This document shows positions 52,176-64,000 of a stretch of 64,000 nt of DNA, piece after piece. This DNA comes from Octopus vulgaris (taxonomy: Eukaryota), in contig OX597816.1 of assembly GCA_951406725.2 (NCBI GenBank), positions 68,696,001 through 68,760,000 of the forward strand, written 5' to 3'. Each line of letters opens with the position of its first letter. Position 1 is the stretch's first letter. The position numbers and the translations under genes were made by a program. Under the pieces are notes generated by a model that saw nothing but the letters and a program-made list of their open reading frames with translations, was not told where the DNA came from and did not search any database.

Positions 52176-52885
52176 TGTGTATATTCAGGTGAGTAAAATT
52201 TATGTGACCGAAACTTTGAAGAAATACAGTTTCACCCTTGCGCGTGTGTGTGCATGTGCCCGCATGCCAGTATGTGTGGGTACGTGTGTGCATGTCGCAC
52301 AATACATCGTAGGGCTAAAGTAGAATACACTTGTCTAAAGTGCCACGTGCAAGGACTGAACAGGAAGCCACGTCTTTGCAAAGCGAATTTCTCAAAAACA
52401 CCTAGCCTTGTACTCTTAAGTAGATATATTGCACAATTCATAATTTTAGTTCACATCTTAGTATCTTCGTGTCAGCGTCATAGGATGAGGTACCGAGGAA
52501 AAAAATTTAACAAAAATTTCATGGAATCCATTCATTTTGATCCTCGTGCATTCCATATCGCCAAATTTGAAGCAAAAAATCTTTAAAAGCATCGGGAATA
52601 ATTGTTTAAGAACGGCTGTTTAAATGTTTGCTTCGTAATTGGGAAATCCCCGTTTCGACCTCATTTCATTGTAAATGTATTATACTAAAGCCTCGGGTAG
52701 CTCTTCCCCTTGCCAATGAAATTGTTTTGACGGAAAGAGAGTGAATGCCCGTTGAATTGAGTGTACTTATAATGTAACGACCAGTCATGTCTCACACACA
52801 TTGCCACGCCGATTCTACTCCAGTATTGTGCTAAGAGTACGCGTGCTTGTGTATTCATGATTTTCTTTAACTATAAAATTGTTTG

Positions 52886-53181
52886 TTCCTTCTCGAGGTA
52901 TGCCTGGCCCATAAGGACCGGTTTTCCGGTTGCCTTTCTCGTATAGGTTCCCCACATGGACGGGACGGCGGTCCGTCGCAGGTGAGCTGCAAGATGCAGG
53001 AGGAAAGAATGAGAAAGTTGTGGTGAAAGAGTCAGCAGAGGTTCGCCATTACCTTATGCCAGAGCCACATGGAGCTTAGATGTTTTGCTCATAAACAAAC
53101 ACATCACTCGGTCTGAGATTCGAACCTGCGATTCCTCGACCGCGAGTCCGCTGCTCTAACCACTAGGCCAAGTGCCTCCAC
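52886..53181 (-). mobile_element. SINE C-like with V-domain-like tail
   Basis: Minus strand cctgcgacggaccgccgtcccgtcca resembles the V domain; homologous to 45524-45819. Confidence 0.8.
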
Positions 53182-53616
53182 TAACTATCAGATTAGGAGT
53201 AGCAAATTTAGTTAATCAAACAACTGAATTAGTTATCATATAAAACCAACGGAGGACCTATAAATTATACAATGCCAACTGAGTTTGCTATAGATTTGAA
53301 TTATGTATCATATCTGTGATGGTCCTTGATTTCGAGGTTTGAACTGCCTCCATAGCACTGATGCAATTACGACTGTAATTTGCGTTAAAGACCCAACGAA
53401 CATTTTACGACCACCATCACCACAACCGCCACCGCCACCACCGCCACCGCCACCACCACCGCCGCCACCACCACCACCACTACCACCACCACCACAACAA
53501 CCACCGCCGCCGCCGCCACCACCCAACATCCCAACCCGGTTCGTTCCCACACAACCACCATCGCCACCACCGCACCACCACCACCACCACCACCACGACC
53601 GCCACCACCGCCGCCA

Positions 53617-53925
53617 CCACCCAACATCCCAACCCGGTTCGGTCCTGTGCTCCCACCCACACTGCCACACTTGCTCTTACCTCTCCAACACCACCCTCCT
53701 CACAAGCACCTATCATCGACCATATCATATCACTGACTCCTTCAATTGCACTTCTAGCAACATCATCTACTGCATCTCCTGCTCCCTCTGTGCTTCTCTA
53801 TATATAGGTCAAACGGGACGCCGCTTGGCTTACCGGTTCGCGGAACACCTCAAAGACATCAGACACGGCAACGTCAACCAGGTTTCGCGCCATCTCCGCT
53901 ATACCGTTCATTCTTTACAACACTA
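53617..53925 (+). mobile_element. Penelope-like (Neptune-type) Zn-linker plus GIY-YIG endonuclease fragment
   Basis: CSHPHCHTC...FNCTSSNIIYCISCSLCASLYIGQTGRRLAYRFAEHLKDIR...VSRH. Confidence 0.9.
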
Positions 53926-54379
53926 CACCACATCACCATACCCCGCGCACACTAGCACTGACCACTTCCCAGCACCTACACCATCATCCACACACACCTA
54001 CACGTGCAAACACGTTATCTGCTGAAAAGGCATCTGACAAATGGTCTTACCCATAGCTAGATAAATGACGGAACAAATTATTATTTCCCCTAAGGCTACT
54101 TAGTGGACATTATAATAACCTCGTGTAGATGTATTTACAAACTCTGTTTCTTATTTTAACATAAGGCTATCATTACATTCTTAGCTGATTGAGTCCTTCT
54201 CTACTTGTTAAAGTATTACCACACACACACAGGCACACACACACGGAGAAACACAAACACACATATGTATCAAGGGTTAAATAGAATGAGCGCAACAAAG
54301 AAAAGTGAGGCGAAAGCAGAGCAAACGGAAAACTAGACGAAAATTAAGGCAAAAACACTATACACGCAAAAATTCACAT

Positions 54380-54745
54380 ATTCTTTCATTCATTTTGACC
54401 GCGGACATGCTGGAGCACCGCCTTAAAGGATTTCTAGCCGAAGCAATCAACCCCATGATTTATTCTTTGTAAGCTTAGTACTTATTTTATCGATACCTTT
54501 TGCTGAACCGCTAAATTACGCGTACGTAAACACAATATCGGTTGTCAAGCCATGACGGGGGACTAACACAGATATAAAGACACACATACAGAAATATATA
54601 TACTTATATATTTACGATGGGTTTCTTTTCAGTTTCCGTTTACGAAATACACACACAAGGTTTTAGTCGGAAGACATTTGCTTAATGGTCCACGCAGTGG
54701 GACTGAACCCGGAACCACGTGGTTGGGAAGCAAGCTCCCTACCAT
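54380..54745 (-). mobile_element. SINE family B
   Basis: catgctggagcaccgcc...cacgcagtgggactgaacccggaacc. Confidence 0.75.
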
Positions 54746-54747
54746 AG

Positions 54748-54840
<93 letters not shown>

Positions 54841-56667
54841 TTCAGCAAACAATTTAGATTCAAATGAATATGGTACTTAATTTAGATGTACCAGAATCTT
54901 TTTATGGTATTACCCATAAAAATACGGGGGGTAATTATAATAAAAAAATAAGCAACAAGAATGGGTATACATATATGAATCCCTCTCTCTGTCTACACAC
55001 ACACACATGCATATCAGATATATATAGAAGGCAAGAGAAAGAGTGAGAGAGGGGAGAGGATAAAAAGACGGAAGGGAGGAGAACAGAGAGGGAGAAATCA
55101 GGAGTAGGAGGAGAAATCAAATGTTTATTTCTGCATATGATATAACTATACTTATGAACCTGCGAGTGGTTCTGAGTTCAAGTCTCACCTACCACTCTCT
55201 TGATTTTGTGCTTCCAATCAATAAACCTCTGTATCTGGACTATCAATACATGCTATAATACCCGTGGTTTTGAAACTAACAACCCAACTGATATTTTCTC
55301 AGAGGGCGCGTTAACCTATGTATGATAACCCTTTATACTCTGTATTACCGGCTCAACTCTCGATACACTTAGTTTTAAGTATTTATCCTAACAGAAGTCA
55401 ATATCTCAAGTCTATACCTGAATAGATCTATGCTGTTTGAGAGATATAATATTATAAGATAACATTTCTAAGTTGTTGTCTGATTGTCAGCTTTTCATTA
55501 GACATGTACATACATATAATTTCTTCTTAATTCGTTTAAAAAAAACATGGCGCTTATTCTCAGTTTCCCTTCCGGATGTAACTATTGACTCTCTCGCTTA
55601 TTTTTTCTTCTCTGTTAACTTTCCTCATAACAACTCGCCTTCCGTCTCTCTTTTTACTCCATATTTTCTTCTCGTATACGTTTATTTTTTTATTTTACTC
55701 TCTTTGTCTCTCTGTGTGTCTTGCTCTGAAATTCTCTTGTATTATAATAATATCGATTTGTTTCTGTATCCAAATATACGCATATGCACACATATAAGAA
55801 TTGCATTCAATAAAGAAGAAAGAAACGCCTGCTGGTATTGGTGAATGAAAATTGCAGAGCGAGATGTAGCCCGAAGCATTTGTTCATTTTGACCGCTAAA
55901 TTACCTGGGTTAATAGAATTTTCTTCCAGGCTGTCTGTTTATTATTCTAACCTCTAATAAATACGATTTTTTTCTCTCACCTATCAATGACTTTTTCCTA
56001 AGGAAGAAACTTCCTTTTTTTTCTCCCGATAAATCTTTTCTTCTATCGGAATGTATGTGAGCGTGTGTATGTGTGTTCATATGTGTATTCGTTGATCTCT
56101 GTGTATGTTTGCTAATATCCGAGAGAGTATGCAATTTCATGTGACGTCGGTTGTGTTGTAAAGTGAAAGCAAGACTATAAATCTATGAATAGAAGTTGTT
56201 ACGTCTCTTAGCTAATTTCTAAGACTGTTACATTACGAGGTGTATATCATCGTTCTAGTCACCATCTTCTTCGTCGTCACCGTCATCATCAACATCATCA
56301 TTGACTCTGAGAATTATGGGAGTAGCGAGAAAACAAAAATGCTCTCTGCGACGTATCTTTATGCCTTAGTTTCGAACCTCATTGAGGAATAAACTTTTCG
56401 TCATCAATTTGAGGTTGAGAATAAATACTACCGAAGTAATCGATTTTAATTTTGTCGCTTATGTCCTTCCTCAAAATGTCTAGTGTCATGCTTATTAATT
56501 AACGTCTGCGTTTCACCGGAAATGTGTGTACGTTTACTTAAAATGTACAAGCAAGTTTATTATTTATTCCTATTTAGCCAACCGCTGTATATATTAACGG
56601 AAAATAAAATAAAACACTCAGCAGATTTTGTTATATACACTGTTCATGTATATATGAATATATCATA

Positions 56668-57515
56668 GCACCGCGAGTGCCGCGTTGCTCTCAAGCAACT
56701 ATGCCGTCCCGGGTCGACCTTGAGTGACTTCAACACAACCAAAGCATTCTATAGGGGATTAGTGAAGGGGAGGTAAGACGACGATCTCGGGGCGAACCTG
56801 GGCGTCGACGAGGAATACCTGGCCCGCCTGTTCAAGAAGACTTTTGCGCCGGGACCTATGGACAACTTCCAGAGATCCCTGGCCTGGCAGTGCTACTGAG
56901 AAGTGCTACCCGTTCGGGACAAGCTTTACAGACACGGCTCGAGAAACACGGGGCCGACCTGCCCGAAATGCGGTCAGAGCGACGAAACCGTTCTGCACGC
57001 ACTCGTACAGTGTCCAACTATTTGCGACCTGTGGGCTTATGTCGAACGACTGCTGTCACGTGTGGGACGAGTTGGTATATCAGCCGAGTCTATCGTCAAT
57101 ATCGTCACCCCTCCTTCCTTCAAACGGGAAGGAAGAGATATTTTCATCATACTTGTGGCTATGGCAAAAGCCACCTTGCGCATAATCCTGTGAACCCGGA
57201 AAAATTTAAAACAGAGAGTTACTTACTTGCAAATAAATGTGTTAACATGTGACATTATTGACCGAGGTTACTACTGTGGTCTTTTCCGTAGGCTTCTCTT
57301 TCCACGGATAAACCTTATCTGTTTCCCCCATTACACTTTACATCATGACATTTCTGTGATACACGATCACTGTTGATCGTTTTTTTTTTGTTCTCTCTTT
57401 CCTTTTTACGATCCCTTTTGATCGAAAACCTACCCTTTTTTATCCCCTAAAAGAAAAGCTATACTTTGTAATCTGTCCCGTCTGTGTTCATCCCTGTGTG
57501 GCTAATAAAGAAACA
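56668..57515 (+). mobile_element. L1-Tx1 clade LINE 3' fragment (zf-RVT plus 3' UTR)
   Basis: LPVRDKL...CPKCGQSDETVLHALVQCP...LW (CCHC finger), GC-rich, with stops and a deletion; 3' UTR ends aataaagaaa. Confidence 0.85.
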
Positions 57516-58474
57516 TATTATATTATATATGGTTGTGTGCATGCGGGTTTGTGTGCGTTATGAATCAGTTGATGGTTCATGACTACGAGGTGTTTAATAG
57601 GTGCCTTTATATTCTGGCAATTTTTGATGAAGGACTTTAGGGAGAATTGGTGAATAGACAGTTACACCAATTTTCAGTGTTAGAAGAAGAACATGAACAT
57701 TCCTGTTGAAAACTTAGACGATAATGTTATTGCTGCTAGGTTTTCTGTACTGGTGTAGGAGAAATCCTACACTATTATAATCAGCAATTATAACTTATAA
57801 AGTTGCTATGAAGAGTCAAGAGATGATAATTGTTTGCGACATAAATTTTTCAAAAATTGAAGATTTCCTACGTAACAGCAATTTTACAGTCAATATCTGC
57901 ACTAATGGGATTAGATGTAAATGATGGTAGTATTTATCCTTAAAGATATTTGCAGTCACTACCGTGCAAATTCCCTCCAATATCATATGAAAGTAAGTGC
58001 GTAGATATGCGTGTTTATGCGCTTGTGTCTATGTACTTATAATGAAGACTCTAACAGCCTCACTCAAAGGAAATATATATCTACCCCTTGATGCGTCACA
58101 AAAATGGTTGGCTTATAATAAAAGCAATGTGCCTTTGCTGCAGTTACGAGCCGTCTGTTATCACATTTAACATTGTCCATCACGAATTCCTGGTTGCGTA
58201 GAGAACTAAAATGCTCGATGGAGTGCGTGCATCGTATCCTCACTACACAATTGCAACACAAATCCTTAACTGCCTCTCGGAGTATACAGCATACTCAACA
58301 TAGTTTGGTTGTCATCATTTTCATAAGGTCTGTGGGTACGAATTTTGTATACCAATCTTGTTGAGAAAGAAAGAGTCAAAATTTAATGCAAAGTATACAT
58401 AATTGAGTGTTTAAATGACTGAAATAACAAGTAATTAAAAATGCGACATTTCATGTGAAATAAACTAATGTATA

Positions 58475-58564
<90 letters not shown>

Positions 58565-58569
<5 letters not shown>

Positions 58570-59650
58570 CTTGGGACAAATAATGGAAATGCCTTAAAAT
58601 TTCAAACGCATTTATTTTAATATGGGTTAGGACCGCCTTTCGCAGTAATTACAGCTTGAATTCTACGAGTTATGGACTCGTACAAAGTTTTGAATTGTTT
58701 CCAAAGGAATCTTTATCCATTCTTCAGCTAAAACAGTCTCCCGTTCTTGTAGTGATGATGGTGGAGAATATCGACTCCTTACTTGTTTTTCTAAACTGCA
58801 CCATATATGTAAAATAATATTGAAATCTTGGGACTGAGGTGGCCAGATAAGATGTTCAACTTGACTAGAATTTTCCTCGTGTCATTCAGTAACAATTTTA
58901 GCTGTGTGAATTGGTGCATTATCACCCTGAAAGATTGCGCTTCCCTCCGGAAACAGTTCCGCAACCATAAGATGAATTTGATCAGATAAAATACTTAAAT
59001 AGTCTTGATAATTAATTCTGCCATGAAAGGAAACCATTGGGCCGGCGGATTTTCATGATATAGCTCCCAGATCTTCACAGATACTCCTCCATGTTTAACA
59101 CTTGGAAGAATGCTTCTTTTGGCTGTCTCCACAGGTATACACGGTAGGTGATCAGAAATAAGGTAAAGGATGACTCGTCCGAAAAAATAACATTCTTCCA
59201 CTTCTTTAAGGACCAATTCTGTAGGTTTTTACTCCACTCTAAAAGCTTTGCAACGTTTGTTTTTGAAAGTAGTGGTTTTCTGATTGCAGCTTTCCCGTGA
59301 AATCCGGTTTCGTGCAGCTCCGGCGAACAGTTTTTGTGGAAACTAGTTTCTCAAGGTGGTCATTAAGATCTACAGTAATTTCGAAAGCTGTATTCTTGTG
59401 ATCATTTCTATCAATTGGTGTATGAATCCGACGGTCGCTATCTGAAAGTGTTGGATTCCTTCTGGAGATTTGTCTCGACGAGGAGGTTTTTCCCTCTTTC
59501 TCAAAGGCTGTCATTACATTTACTTCTTGATACACCAAACATTTCGACTGTTTTCGTTACGCTAGCGGCTGCCATACGAACAGCAACAATTTAACCTCCT
59601 TCAAAGTCCGATAGATCTGTCATTTTAATGAATTTTAATTACATTTTTCT
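58565..59650 (-). mobile_element. Tc1 transposon with near-complete but inactivated transposase (about 59623 to 58617)
   Basis: MTDLSDF...VSTKTVRR...FSDESSFTL...VKHGG...FQGDNAPIH...WPPQSQDFNII...AKGGPNPY*; stops and frameshifts; one TIR-like end cagttcttgggacaaataatggaaa at 58565. Confidence 0.9.
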
Positions 59651-59770
59651 GAAAAGAAACAGCAATGTTTGCAAAACATATTAAGCAACACTAATAATAA
59701 ATCAAAAAACATAAAAATAAAAAAGCTTTTGACGGTTTTATAGATATTTTAAAGTAATGATGCGATGATG

Positions 59771-59892
<122 letters not shown>

Positions 59893-59974
59893 AATATATA
59901 TCTATATATACATACATATATACATGCATACATACACACACACAAACACATATATATTTTTGTTTTTGTTTTTT

Positions 59975-60186
59975 GTTTTTCCAGTTTCAGCTCTTGAGCT
60001 GTGGCCATGCTGGGGCACCGCCATTGTGGTGAAAGAGTACAGCAGGGATCACCACCCCCTGCCGGAGCCTCGTAGAGCTTTTTAGGTGTTTTCGCTCAAT
60101 AAACACACACAACGCCCGGTCTGAGAATCGAAACCGCGATCCTGCGACCGCGAGTCCGCTGCCCTAACCACTAGGCCATTGCGCCT
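59975..60186 (-). mobile_element. SINE C head (60024-60186) joined to a family B-like tail end
   Basis: Minus strand aggcgcaatggcctagtggttagggc...ctttcaccacaa then ggcggtgccccagcatggccacagctc. Confidence 0.7.
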
Positions 60187-61180
60187 ATATATATACATAT
60201 ATATATGTATATATTTGTATGTATGTGTATGTGTGTGTACTTGTGTGTACATATACATAAAAAAGGCTGTAGGTCTGGAGAATTTAATTGGCAATTTTGT
60301 GTGTTAGGGACAAATAGATCAGTAGACTGGACAGTAGGCAAACATAAATATATACCTTTCTGATGAACAGTAAAGAAAAATAGTTTTGTAAAGCAGCTGT
60401 GTAATGAATACTTGGAACGGTAATCGGTTCAGGGTTATTGTGACAAAAAACGGTTTAAATAAATTCCAGTAAACTCACTTCCAAATGAATTTTATAGATT
60501 AATTCTTCAACGCAGAAAAAATTGTCTAGAAACTATACTGAACTACTGGATTAAGTAAGTGAGAACAAATATTTGCCGTATGAAATAAAACAAAGTAAGT
60601 GCTACATTTCCTCCTGGCGTAGGATGAAAATTAAACGACAAAATGGCAGACATTCCACGAGTAATGTATTAGAGGTATTAAGGAAAGCTCTCCAAGTATA
60701 TCTTCCTCGTATTTTTTTATCGAGATAACTGTTATAATCATACCGGCTTTGAAAAATACACCAGGATTTGTTTGGAAACACCGGGTAATAATTACTTAGG
60801 GACAGTCATAAAATAGAAAGTAAGATGAAAATAGCCCCAAGAAGCAACGGAAATAAGTGTGAAAAATAAGTCTAAATGTAAAATAAAAAGCAAACGGGAG
60901 AAATGATTTCGTGACGAAAATAAATAAAGTATGATGTAAGAGAAGAAAAAAAACCTGTAGTGTCGAATGAGCCAGATTTAATGTTGAAATTAAATCATGT
61001 ATACGATCCTCCGTCAGCCTCAACGGTGATTATTCGGTTGTGGATTAGAGTGTAAACAAGTGATTGTTCCATACAGATGCATAGTCTGAACACAATCATG
61101 TGGCTGAATCAGTACGGCACAATGCAGTAAATGTACAGCTAAGAGATTGAGAGTTGGACAAGAGAGAGCGATCATGGGAT

Positions 61181-61234
<54 letters not shown>

Positions 61235-61239
<5 letters not shown>

Positions 61240-62484
61240 TGGGATTGAAAAATACACTGTTATGAATTTGAAACCAAGACGATTTGAAAGGAGACATTTG
61301 AAATGCCAAATGGGCACACAATGAAAGCAGTTGAGAAAGGACAGTGGTGTAAGTATTTGAGAATACGGAGGAAGATTAAATAAAATATGAAGACAAGGAG
61401 CAAATTACCAGTAGGGAGTACATAAGGAGAGTGAGAAAAATACTACAGACAAAGTAGAATCCTAAAATAATGATATTGAAGCAATAAATGTAAGAGCAAT
61501 ACCGGTAATCAAATATGGAGCTGAAATTGCAGAAATGTCGTACAGAAACTTGACAGAAAAACTATGAAGCTGTATGGAGTTTAACATCGAAAATAAAAGG
61601 CATGTTACAATATTTACAGAACAGCACACAGAAAGTGTAAATAGGAGGAAAGGATAAGAATGAAATTCAAAGAGAACATATTAAAGAGATTGAAGAGAAA
61701 CCTTTGCAGATCAGTTTTGGAAAGCCCTTGAGGAGGTTTTTAGAAGAAAACTCGGGCTTAGTAGAAATAAAGGGCAATTAAAAAACTCCAGAAAGCCTTA
61801 TTATAGCAGCTCAAGTTCAAGCATTAAAAACAAACTTTAGAAAATAGGTGTACGGGGAGAAGGTGACAGTAAAATGTTGCGTGTGCGAAATTTGAGATGA
61901 AACAAGGACACACGTTGTTGGCCCAGGAGAAATATAAGAAACGGAGCTATGACCAAGTTGCGAAAGTTTTGCCCTGGAAGCTTTGTCAGAAATGAAGATT
62001 TGAAGATAGAAGTACTTGGTTTGAGTTTGATTTCAAAGGGTGCTTGACACGGAGAAATGTAAAAGTTTGTGGGAATTTCTTATTCAAATAGTTAAGAAGT
62101 TATAAAGTAATAGATAAGATAGAAAAGGAACATCGATGATAGAAAAGGAACATCGATGTTACTTACTAATTGATCCATTCGTTTCATTTCAGGATTGTAA
62201 AAATAAAAATAAAAATATAAAAATGACAATCTCTCAAAATAAAAAATTGTTTGAATTTGGAGTACGAAAACTGCAAAGGTTGTGCCTAGATTAATTAGAG
62301 TATTAGGAACTGTGAATAATGATGCAAAAAATGGATGAACGAGATCGGAATAGAATGTTCAGTGGGGCTTCTACAAAAATTTTGCTTCTTAGGGACAGGA
62401 AAGATTATCAGAATGGTTTTGAGCGAGTAACCGCTATTCATATAAATTATACCTGGAGTAAGAACAAACCCGAGTAAAATAGAG
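61235..62484 (+). mobile_element. Old R4/Dong-clade LINE 3' part
   Basis: Remnants AINVRAIPVIKYGA, ESLIIAAQVQALKT, CxxC..ET, DQVAKVLPWKLC; ends at (TAA)n. Confidence 0.75.
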
Positions 62485-62528
62485 TAATAATAATATTAGT
62501 AATAATAACCATAATAAAAATAATGATG

Positions 62529-62576
<48 letters not shown>

Positions 62577-62579
<3 letters not shown>

Positions 62580-63148
62580 TTCACAGACATGACAGAGTTG
62601 GAACCTACATACATTGGAAGCTATAACAACAGAAAAAAGGTGGTATAGGCACACACCAGAAAAGGTCGCAGAAAACGAGAAAGCAACCATACTCTGGGAT
62701 ATGCAGATACACACAGATAGAGAAATTAAGGCCAACAGACCAGATATAGTTGTCAGAGATCATGAAGAAAAAAATGCTTTCTAATTGATGTATCAATACC
62801 GGCAGATGACAACGTGTCTCTAAAAGAAATGGAGAAACTCTCAAAATACAAAGACCTGGAAATAGAGGTAACTAGAATGTGGAATCTGAAAACAGAAACA
62901 ATTCCTATCATAGTAGGTGCATTAGGCATGATAAAAAAAATATTCAGACAAATACATAACAAAAACACCAGGACTTACAAACACATATAACATACAGAAA
63001 ATTGCACTACTAGGCACTGCACACATCCTACGCAGAACACTTTCCATACAATAACCATCAGAGCATCACAACAAATCACAGCACATACCCAAGGCACACA
63101 GAGCTGCGCTCGGTAGTGAAGTGAAAGCACGCTATAAAAATAAAACTA

Positions 63149-63151
<3 letters not shown>
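62577..63151 (+). mobile_element. Young 5'-truncated Dong/R4 LINE (RLE domain plus 3' UTR) in (TAA)n
   Basis: HRHDRVG...ILWDMQIHTDREIKANRPDIVV...LIDVSIPADDNVSLKEMEKLSKYKDL...IPIIVGALG...LLGTAHILRRTL; stop at 63052-63054; (TAA)n on both sides. Confidence 0.92.
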
Positions 63152-63208
<57 letters not shown>

Positions 63209-64000
63209 TGTTTTAAATTTTAGAAGGTGTTAATCCTTTAAGTCAACCTCGGTAATTGACTGCTACATTGTTTTATCGACACCACAATGATGCAAGGCAA
63301 AATTGATCTCAGCGAAATTTTAATTCATAATGCAAAGAACTAACTGAAATCCGCAGAAATCTGGTGCTGTAATGACTCGTAATTATCGGGTTTATGTCGC
63401 AACATAAGTAACTGCCTGTATTAAAAATAAATGAAGAAAAATTGAGTCGATATTGATTGTATAAAATCAATATCGACTCTCAAATATCCTGCATTCATTT
63501 TTAATACAGACGGCGATTTAAGTGCCTTATGCCTGTACAGAAAGGCCAACCGTATACAACAATAGAAGATAGTTGAACGCAGGTAACGTGTCATGACAAA
63601 TTCAATAAAGTTTTTTTCTTCTGAACCTATGAAGTGAAAATGAAAAATACTCATTACTTTTCAATGTCCTCACTGACTTGTGACACAGCTCTGGTTGATG
63701 TTCAGTTTTGGTCAATTGTTAGACACTGTTGGGAAATGGTAAATACACGAGAGTTTCAAGTCTGGATAGGGAAACATGATCGAACTGTATCGAATGACAG
63801 TGAAAATCTATACAATGGTTATACAACGAGAAAGACAACAAAACAATTGATGAACGTAGTTACAAAAGCGGATTCCTATGAGAGATTGTTTAATATACAA
63901 TAAAGAAATTTAGAACGGTTAATAACAAATTTATAGTCATTTGATTTCTAGAAGAGTATAAAAGATATATTGAAAAAAATATACAAGGGACAGTATTCAC

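Overview
AT-rich eukaryotic genomic DNA that is dense in microsatellites and transposons. The SINE families and (TA)n/(CA)n/(TATG)n load point to a coleoid cephalopod, most likely Octopus (inferred, not searched). No intact protein-coding gene is recognisable; nearly all ORFs in the track are microsatellite or TE artefacts. The window holds: about 30 tRNA-derived SINE copies of at least four modular families; LINE remnants (RTE, R4/Dong, L1-Tx1, CR1/Jockey-like); Penelope-like element (PLE) remnants, including a GIY-YIG fragment; Tc1, hAT and Tc2-like DNA transposons; Helitron-type non-autonomous elements; and a 5S rRNA pseudogene. The most interesting signal is a set of about 11 hammerhead-ribozyme (HHR) or HHR-like motifs from several PLE lineages. 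These include two identical HHRs in a perfect 182-bp inverted repeat, HHRs with a very long stem II, and a repeat family apparently fixed for a non-canonical CUGUUGA core. Also notable are a Meta-domain SINE whose 3' tail matches the Tx1 LINE 3' end, and LINE families that sit in specific microsatellites. All alignments and folds were done by eye, so element boundaries are approximate.
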